Assembly: GCA_047602055.1 (NCBI GenBank)
Contig: JASGIG010000001.1
Location: forward strand, 2,477,750-2,501,749
Direction: 5' to 3'
From: Ilumatobacteraceae bacterium
GTDB taxonomy: Bacteria > Actinomycetota > Acidimicrobiia > Acidimicrobiales > Ilumatobacteraceae
DNA length: 24,000 nucleotides
Shown one piece after another: positions 18,882 to 24,000 of this stretch. Position 1 is the first letter of the stretch. Each line of letters starts with the position of its first letter. The notes under the pieces are model-generated. The model did no database searches and had not been told where the DNA came from. It saw only the letters and a list, made by a program, of their open reading frames with translations. The position numbers were made by a program, and so were the translations under genes.

Positions 18882-19652
18882 ATGGCGAGCTATCCGTTCA
18901 CGTCCGCACTGCTCACCGGCGCGTCCAGCGGCATCGGTGAGGCGATGGCCCGTGAGCTGGGCCGGGCCGGCATCCCTCAGGTGGTCGTCGCCCGTCGTGC
19001 GGACCGGCTCGAGCAGTTGGCGGCGACGTTCGCCGACGTCGAGGTGCTCATCGCCGACCTGACGACGCCCGACGGCGTGGCCGCGGTCGAGGCCCGCCTC
19101 GTCGATCCACGCCGGCCGGTCGACCTCGTCGTCAACAACGCCGGCTTCGGCACGTCGGGGACGTTCGTCGAGCTCGACGCCGACCGCCTCGACGAGGAGG
19201 TCCGCCTCAACGTCGGCGCGCTGACGCGGCTGTCACGCGTCGCCCTCGGGGTGATGGTGCCGCGCCAGCGCGGCTACCTGCTCAACGTCAGCAGCCTGGT
19301 CAGCTTCCAGCCGGGCCCGCGCCTCGCCGTCTACGCGGCGACGAAGGCGTACGTCACGTCGCTGTCGGAGAGCCTCCACGAGGAGGTCCGTGGCACGGGC
19401 GTCAAGGTCACCGCGCTGTGCCCGGGTCTGACGCGCACCGAGTTCCAGCAGGTCAGCAGCTCGACGAAGATGACCGATCGAGCGCCGTCGTGGGCGTGGC
19501 AGTCGGCCGAGGAGGTGGCCGCCACGGCGCTGCGCGACATGGCCAACGGGCGGGCGCTGTCGATCCCCGGCCCGTTGAACAGGAGCATGGCCACCGCCAG
19601 CGGGATGACACCGCGTGGCCTGCTGCGGCGGATGAGCGGCATGCTGCGTTGA
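18882..19652 (+). CDS. Short-chain dehydrogenase/reductase (SDR) family oxidoreductase
   Basis: 256 aa. TGASSGIG cofactor motif, NNAG, and the catalytic YAATKAY (YxxxK). Confidence 0.88.
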   Translation: MASYPFTSALLTGASSGIGEAMARELGRAGIPQVVVARRADRLEQLAATFADVEVLIADLTTPDGVAAVEARLVDPRRPVDLVVNNAGFGTSGTFVELDADRLDEEVRLNVGALTRLSRVALGVMVPRQRGYLLNVSSLVSFQPGPRLAVYAATKAYVTSLSESLHEEVRGTGVKVTALCPGLTRTEFQQVSSSTKMTDRAPSWAWQSAEEVAATALRDMANGRALSIPGPLNRSMATASGMTPRGLLRRMSGMLR

Positions 19653-19760
19653 AGTGCACGGGTGATCCGGCGGGGTGACCCCCACGGCGGCCCGGGCCGT
19701 GTCTAAGGTCGTGGGCGCACACAGCGGGTGGACTCGACCAGCTCTCGTGGGAGGACCACA

Positions 19761-20759
19761 GTGTCAACAACCGAATCGATCACCGGCGCGGACGCGCCCA
19801 AGGCGCCGTCGGCGAACCGCCGGGCACTGCTCGGCAAGGGGGCGATCGCCGCCGCGGCCGCGGCGACCGCCGGACTGGTGACCAGTAGGACGGCGTCGGC
19901 GGCCGACGGCGACCCGTTGAACGTCGGCGAGGACAACACCGGAACGGCGGACACCACCCTGGCCGGCGGTTCCACCTTCGTCGTCACCGACGGCACGTCG
20001 AGCGGGTTCGATCCCGGCGACGGTGAGCTGCCGGCGTCGATCGTCGCCGGCCAGACCAGCTCGGGCGGGTTGGCCCTCGTGGCCACGTTCACCGGCACGG
20101 ACGAGGCCGGCGTCGGCGTGTTCGCGGCGTCGAGCAACGGCATCGGGGTCGTTGCCCGCGGCACCGCCGGCGACCTCACGGCCGACGGCAGCGGCAAGCT
20201 GATCCTCAACCAGGACGCGTTCGACGGTGCTGCCCCGACCGGCGCCAGCGTCGTCGGCACGCTGGCGCGCGATGCCGACGGTGGGCTGTGGTACAGCCCG
20301 AAGGACGGGACGTGGGTGCAGCTGGCCGGGGCGACGAGCGCAGGGACGTTCCACGTCATCGCCCCGGCGCGCGTCTACGACTCCCGCCTGGCCCTGCCGA
20401 CGCCGGCGCCCGGCAAGATCGTCGCTGCGGAGACCCGGGTCGTCAGCGTCAAGGACGCCCGCAACGAGACGACGGGCGCGGTGGTCACCGCTGACATCGT
20501 GCCGGCCGGGGCGCTCGCCGTCGTCGCCAACCTGACGATCACCGAGACGGAGGGAACCGCCGGCGGGTTCCTGTCGGTCTTCCCCGGCGACGCCACCGAG
20601 CGCAGCGGGTCGTCGATCAACTGGTCCGGACCGGACCAGAACATCGCCAACGGCCTGACCGCCAAGATCGCCGCCGACCGGACCGTGAAGGTCTTCTGCG
20701 GCGGCGGCGCGGTGCCGAAGACGCACTTCGTCATCGACGTCACCGGCTACTGGGCCTGA
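19761..20759 (+). CDS. Tat-signal secreted protein of unknown function
   Basis: The GTG at 19761 is preceded by GGAGGA (5-nt spacer). The N-terminus ...SANRRALLGKGAIAAAAAATAGLVTSRTASA-ADGD has a twin-arginine motif, a hydrophobic region and an AxA cleavage site. It is followed by a Gly/Thr/Ala-rich region and a conserved-looking C-terminal domain (FHVIAPARVYDSR...GFLSVFPGD...SSINW...FVIDVTGYW). Confidence 0.7.
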   Translation: MSTTESITGADAPKAPSANRRALLGKGAIAAAAAATAGLVTSRTASAADGDPLNVGEDNTGTADTTLAGGSTFVVTDGTSSGFDPGDGELPASIVAGQTSSGGLALVATFTGTDEAGVGVFAASSNGIGVVARGTAGDLTADGSGKLILNQDAFDGAAPTGASVVGTLARDADGGLWYSPKDGTWVQLAGATSAGTFHVIAPARVYDSRLALPTPAPGKIVAAETRVVSVKDARNETTGAVVTADIVPAGALAVVANLTITETEGTAGGFLSVFPGDATERSGSSINWSGPDQNIANGLTAKIAADRTVKVFCGGGAVPKTHFVIDVTGYWA

Positions 20760-20780
20760 CGCCACGACACGGCGCGCGCG

Positions 20781-20836
20781 GTGGGGGTGGTGCGGAGGGG
20801 CGCTCCGCGACCCCCGCCGCCGTGCGCCGACTCGCT
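20781..20836 (-). repeat. Interspersed repeat, short copy C (3' hairpin module only, inverted orientation)
   Basis: The reverse complement AGCGAGTCGGCGCACGGCGGCGGGGGTCGCGGAGCGCCCCTCCGCACCACCCCCAC matches 7565-7622 with about 3 differences. It lies between the convergent Tat-protein gene and glpX, and overlaps the glpX stop codon by 2 nt. Confidence 0.8.
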
Positions 20837-21836
20837 ACGCGTAGTCGACGGCGGCGAAGGTGGCGAGCTTGTCGATGCGGTGGCGGGCGTCGATCATCCG
20901 CACCGTGCCACTGCGGGAGCGCATCACCAGGCTCTGCGTGCGGGCGCCGCCGCTGACGTAGCGCACGCCGTTGAGCAACTCACCGTCGGTGATCCCGGTA
21001 GCGGCGAAGAAGCAGTTGTCGCTGCGCACCAGGCTGTCGGTGGTGAGCACCTGGTCGAGGTCGTAGCCGGCGTCGAGCGCGGCCTGCCTCTCGCCCTCGT
21101 TGCGCGGCCACAGCATCCCCTGCATCTCGCCGCCCATGCACTTCAGGGCGGCGGCGGAGATCACGCCCTCGGGCGTGCCGCCGACGCCGAGCAGGACGTC
21201 GACGCCGGCGTCCGGCCAGGCGGTGGCGATCGCCCCGAAGACGTCGCCGTCGCTGATCAGCTTGATCCGCGCCCCGGCGGCGCGGACCTCCTCGATCAGC
21301 TCCTCGTGGCGCGGCCGGTCGAGGATCGCCACGGTGAGGTCGCGGACGTTCTCGCGCTTGGCCTTGGCGATCCACCGGAGGTTCTGCGTGGCGGTGGCGG
21401 TGATGTCGATCGAGCCGGCGGCGTCGGGGCCGACGGCGATCTTGGTCATGTACACGCACGGGCCCGGATCGAACATCGTGCCGCGCTCGCTGACGGCGAT
21501 GACCGACAGCGCGTTGCCGCGGCCGAGCGAGGTGAGGGTGGTGCCGTCGATCGGGTCGACGGCGACGTCGGTCAGCGGCGGCGTGCCGTCGCCGACCTTC
21601 TCGCCGTTGAACAGCATCGGCGCCTCGTCCTTCTCGCCCTCGCCGATGACGACGATGCCGTCCATCGGGACGCCGGCGAGCACCGTGCGCATCGCCTCGA
21701 CCGCCGCGCCGTCGGCGCCGTTCTTGGCACCGCGTCCGACCCAGCGCGACGCGGCGAGTGCCGCCGACTCCGTGGTGCGGACCAGCTCCATGGCCAGGTT
21801 TCGATCGGGTTGTTGGGTGGTGCGCGAGACGGCCAT
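20835..21836 (-). CDS. glpX: Class II fructose-1,6-bisphosphatase
   Basis: The internal ATG at 21836 of ORF 20835..22019 gives [50 protein letters not shown]...[11 protein letters not shown]...[24 protein letters not shown]. This is a typical GlpX. The 61 upstream codons run through the repeat element and look non-coding. Confidence 0.92.
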   Translation of the reverse strand: MAVSRTTQQPDRNLAMELVRTTESAALAASRWVGRGAKNGADGAAVEAMRTVLAGVPMDGIVVIGEGEKDEAPMLFNGEKVGDGTPPLTDVAVDPIDGTTLTSLGRGNALSVIAVSERGTMFDPGPCVYMTKIAVGPDAAGSIDITATATQNLRWIAKAKRENVRDLTVAILDRPRHEELIEEVRAAGARIKLISDGDVFGAIATAWPDAGVDVLLGVGGTPEGVISAAALKCMGGEMQGMLWPRNEGERQAALDAGYDLDQVLTTDSLVRSDNCFFAATGITDGELLNGVRYVSGGARTQSLVMRSRSGTVRMIDARHRIDKLATFAAVDYA

Positions 21837-21862
21837 CGGTCGCTCACCGTAGCGCTCGTGGA

Positions 21863-22019
21863 TTTCGACGCTCGATTCGCTCGCTGGCGCTCGCTCATCT
21901 CGGTCGAGCTTCGAGGAGCGGCCTTCGGCCGCACCCAGTCGGCGATGGCCGGACCGGCGAAGCCGGATCCGGCCATGGCGGAGGGGGGTCGCGGAGCGCC
22001 CCCTCCGCACCACCCCCAC
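21863..22019 (+). repeat. Interspersed intergenic repeat, full-length copy B
   Basis: The 5' module (21863-21938) and 3' module (21977-22019) are near-identical to copy A. The variable centre is itself a strong hairpin, ATGGCCGGACCGGC-GAA-GCCGGATCCGGCCAT. The conserved stem pairs GCGGAGGGGG (21978-21987) with CCCCCTCCGC (21999-22008). The element starts 27 nt upstream of the glpX start codon, on the opposite strand sense. Confidence 0.85.
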
Positions 22020-22049
22020 GCGTGACGCCGTGGAGGTGGTGCGCTGGGG

Positions 22050-22187
22050 CTAACCGGCACGCTGGTGGGGTCGTTGAGCGGAGCGGCGCGAGCCGTGCAG
22101 GGGGCGGCCGTGGCTCAGGTGGGCCAGGTCGTGGGCACGGTGATCGCGGACGATCTGTTGGGCGAGGTCGGGTAGGTAGGACCACAT
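22050..22187 (-). CDS. Candidate small His-rich protein (45 aa), hypothetical
   Basis: AAGGAG lies 7 nt upstream of the ATG (22185-22187). Product: MWSYLPDLAQQIVRDHRAHDLAHLSHGRPLHGSRRSAQRPHQRAG. Third codon positions are strongly G/C-biased like the real genes here. No homology is recognisable by eye. Confidence 0.3.
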   Translation of the reverse strand: MWSYLPDLAQQIVRDHRAHDLAHLSHGRPLHGSRRSAQRPHQRAG

Positions 22188-22291
22188 GGTCGTACTCCTT
22201 GCTGGATGTGTGACTGGGCGGGCGTCCGCGGGCTCGGACGGTGGGATGACCATCCCCCCGTTGGGCGGACACCTCGTATAGGAGGAAGTCC

Positions 22292-22600
22292 ATGTCCAAC
22301 AAGAAGCGGTCGCCGGGTCGTCCGGCGAAGTATCCGCCTGAGTTCCAGCGGGACGCGGTTGCGATGGTGCTCGATGAGCAGCGTTCGATCGCGGATGTTG
22401 CTCGTTCGCTCTTGGTGAACGAGGGCACGTTGGGGAACTGGGTCGCGAAGGCGCGCCGTGAACGCGCCCAGGGGACCGAGTTGAACGCCGACGAACGCGT
22501 CGAGTTGGCGGAGTTGCGCGGTGAGGTCACGCAGTTGCGGATGGAGCGTGATCTGCTCAAACGATCGATGGCCTTCTGGGTGAAGGAGTTGATGCTGTGA
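22292..22600 (+). CDS. IS3-family transposase OrfA (HTH DNA-binding, leucine-zipper tail)
   Basis: 102 aa. GGAGGA RBS. MSNKKRSPGRPAKYPPEFQRDAVAMVLDEQRSIADVARSLLVNEGTLGNWVAKAR...LRGEVTQLRMERDLLKRSMAFW is a typical IS3 OrfA. Confidence 0.9.
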   Translation: MSNKKRSPGRPAKYPPEFQRDAVAMVLDEQRSIADVARSLLVNEGTLGNWVAKARRERAQGTELNADERVELAELRGEVTQLRMERDLLKRSMAFWVKELML

Positions 22601-23475
22601 CTCGCTATCGCTGCGTCGACGACCAGAAGGCAGCCGGGTTCCCGGTCACCGCGGCGTGCGAGGCGGCTGGCGTGTCCACGTCGGGGTTCTACGACTGGCG
22701 CACACGTGAGGCTGGCGCACCGACGGACCGTCAGGTCGCCGAGGCCGAGCTCGTCTCGTTGATGGCCGAGATCTTCGACGCCTCCGACGGCAACTACGGC
22801 GTCCCGCGGATGCTGCGCGAGCTGCGCCGCGCCGGTCTCGCGGTCAACCACAAGCGGGTGCGTCGGCTGATGCGCCGCCATGGGATGGCGGGCAGGTTCC
22901 GGCGGCGACGCTGCCAGACCACGTTCCCGGGCCCGGACGGCTACGTGATCCCGGACCTCGTCGAGCGCGGCTTCGCGCCCGGCGCCCCGGACCGGGCGTG
23001 GTGCCAGGACATCACCTACATCGCCACCGGCGAGGGCTGGCTCTACCTGGCGTCGGTCCTCGATCTGGGCAGCCGGCGGCTGGTCGGCTACTCGATGGCC
23101 GACCACATGCGCACCGAGCTCGTCACCGACGCCCTGTCGATGGCCGTCGCTGCCAGAGGCGGCGTGAGCGGGGTGATCGCGCACGCGGATCGTGGGTCGC
23201 AGTACACGTCGAACGACTACCTCTCGTTCTGCGCCGACAACAGGCTGCGCCCCTCGGTCGGACGGACCGGGGTGTGCTGGGACAACGCCGTCGCCGAGTC
23301 ATTCTGGGAATCGCTGAAACGTGAATGCGTCCAAGGACGAGTGTTCGCGACCCGCGCCGACGCCCGCAGAACGATCTTCCGCTGGATCAACTGGTATAAC
23401 ACGAAAAGACTTCACGGAAGTCTCGGCTATATCCCACCAATCGAGTGGGAAACACAGTATAATCAAGCAGCATAA
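22597..23475 (+). CDS. IS3-family transposase OrfB (DDE integrase core)
   Basis: 292 aa from the GTG at 22597, which overlaps the orfA stop (GTGA). Contains WCQDITYI (D), HADRGSQYTS (D), WDNAVAESFWESLKRE (E) and the C-terminal YNTKRLHGSLGYIPPIEWE. Confidence 0.9.
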   Translation: MTRYRCVDDQKAAGFPVTAACEAAGVSTSGFYDWRTREAGAPTDRQVAEAELVSLMAEIFDASDGNYGVPRMLRELRRAGLAVNHKRVRRLMRRHGMAGRFRRRRCQTTFPGPDGYVIPDLVERGFAPGAPDRAWCQDITYIATGEGWLYLASVLDLGSRRLVGYSMADHMRTELVTDALSMAVAARGGVSGVIAHADRGSQYTSNDYLSFCADNRLRPSVGRTGVCWDNAVAESFWESLKRECVQGRVFATRADARRTIFRWINWYNTKRLHGSLGYIPPIEWETQYNQAA

Positions 23476-23709
23476 ACCCCGTCCGGCCAACGGGGAGATG
23501 GCCAGGAGGCGCGGGTGGGCGCGGCGGCGCTCAGGCAGCGCGCAGGGCGCCGCGGCCGACGTCGCCACGGAGGGCGCGCCGGTCGCGGTCGAACGGCGTG
23601 GCGTTCAAAGTGATCATCGGGCTCCTCCTCTCGTGGTTCGTCGGGCTGGTCCGTCCAGGATGCAGCGGCCGGCGCCTCGGATCCAGCGAATTACTACGCT
23701 CCGCCACGC

Positions 23710-24000
23710 ATGAGCTCCGTCATCCCCGTCGAGCGGTGCATCGCCGGTCGCGACCTCACCGAGCCGCGGCTGTCGCCGGACGGCACCGTCGTCGTCTACG
23801 CATCGTCCGCCGGTGGGCGGCCGGCGCTGATGTGGCAACCGCTCGACGGGTCGCCGGTGCGCCAGCTCACCGCGCACCCGCCGCCACGGGCCGGGCGTGG
23901 TCTCGGTGGCGGCTGCTGGTGCTGGACGCCCGACGGTGATGCCGTCGTCTACGCCGCCGCCGACGGCAACCTGTGGCTGCAACCGGTCCCGGCGGGGGCC
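23710..24000 (+). CDS. PD40 beta-propeller / S9-family peptidase-like protein, N-terminal part (continues beyond the window)
   Basis: The frame from the ATG at 23710 stays open to the window end, so it is not in the ORF track (no stop). Own translation: MSSVIPVERCIAGRDLTEPRLSPDGTVVVYASSAGGRPALMWQPLDG...WTPDGDAVVYAAADGNLWLQPVPAGA. The repeated SPDG/TPDG-x-VVY blades are typical of TolB/S9 peptidase propellers. Function is assigned from the N-terminus only. Confidence 0.55.
   Translation, partial: MSSVIPVERCIAGRDLTEPRLSPDGTVVVYASSAGGRPALMWQPLDGSPVRQLTAHPPPRAGRGLGGGCWCWTPDGDAVVYAAADGNLWLQPVPAGA

Larger units (their letters stand above)
22247..23504 (+). mobile_element. IS3-family insertion sequence, apparently intact (1258 bp)
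   Basis: Terminal inverted repeats are TGACCATCCCCCCGTTGGGCGGAC (22247-22270) and the reverse complement of 23481-23504, TGGCCATCTCCCCGTTGGCCGGAC (21 of 24 identical, TG...CA ends). A 3-bp direct repeat GGA flanks both ends (22244-22246 and 23505-23507). The element has an orfA/orfB pair with orfB in the -1 frame. The 3' end is visibly AT-richer than the flanks. Confidence 0.88.

Noticed and set aside
18829-18882. Intrinsic terminator after atpC
   Set aside because: Only a weak 5-bp stem (CCGCG-tccct-CGCGG) with no U-tract is present. This is not enough to call a terminator, and the SDR gene may be co-transcribed.
22050-22253. 67-aa version of the small minus-strand ORF, starting at the ATG at 22253
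   Set aside because: That start lies inside the left inverted repeat of the IS, so it would be a hybrid IS/host ORF with no RBS. The internal ATG at 22187 has a strong AAGGAG and is the only version I consider plausible.
21895-23184. 429-aa minus-strand ORF spanning the IS and the adjacent region
   Set aside because: It is antisense to IS3 orfA/orfB and crosses the IS boundary and repeat copy B. No plausible product. It is a shadow ORF.
23598-23939. Plus-strand 113-aa ORF with a hydrophobic N-terminus (MAFKVIIGLLLSWFVGLV...), possibly a signal peptide for the downstream propeller protein
   Set aside because: It is in a different frame from the PD40/S9-like ORF. After about 25 codons it becomes Arg/His-rich nonsense with rare codons (GAA TTA CTA), and the rest is out of frame over the better-supported gene starting at 23710.

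Overview
Very GC-rich, actinobacterial-type chromosomal segment. The taxon is inferred from gene order and codon style, not verified, and G+C was judged by eye. Most of the window is core housekeeping.

Gene content, left to right:
- Minus-strand pair: nucleoside hydrolase followed by a Zn alcohol dehydrogenase (truncated by the window edge).
- A lipoprotein gene convergent with a thiolase-like gene.
- rpiB, glyA, a small membrane protein and a wecA-like GT4 transferase.
- A stand-alone family-A DNA polymerase paralogue convergent with an alpha/beta hydrolase.
- A complete F1Fo ATP synthase operon (atpZ, atpI, atpB, E, F, second b-type subunit, H, A, G, D, C; 10568-18829).
- An SDR oxidoreductase and a Tat-signal secreted protein of unknown function, convergent with glpX.
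- An intact IS3-family insertion sequence.
- The start of a PD40/S9-peptidase-like gene.

I recognised no tRNA, rRNA or CRISPR array.

Observations worth a second look:
1. An interspersed intergenic repeat family has three copies (7470-7623, 20781-20836 inverted, 21863-22019). All carry a conserved GCGGAGGGGG/CCCCCTCCGC hairpin, and two copies bracket glpX as inverted termini.
2. A 126-bp composite palindrome (2503-2628) carries six GGAGTG hexamers phased about 20 bp apart.
3. The orphan PolA-like gene and the hydrolase are wedged between wecA and the atp operon.
4. Three apparent single-base frameshifts hit conserved genes: the thiolase tail, wecA and the essential atpD. Two lie in homopolymer runs, so consensus errors are more likely than real pseudogenes.
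5. The IS3 has 24-bp inverted repeats, a GGA target duplication and no canonical slippery heptamer. It sits in the upstream region of glpX between two Shine-Dalgarno-preceded small ORFs.
6. The ATP synthase has separate b, b' and delta subunits plus terminal extensions on alpha and gamma.

I did not find a clear multi-gene novel system such as a defence island. The repeat elements and the polymerase paralogue are the best candidates for something undescribed.
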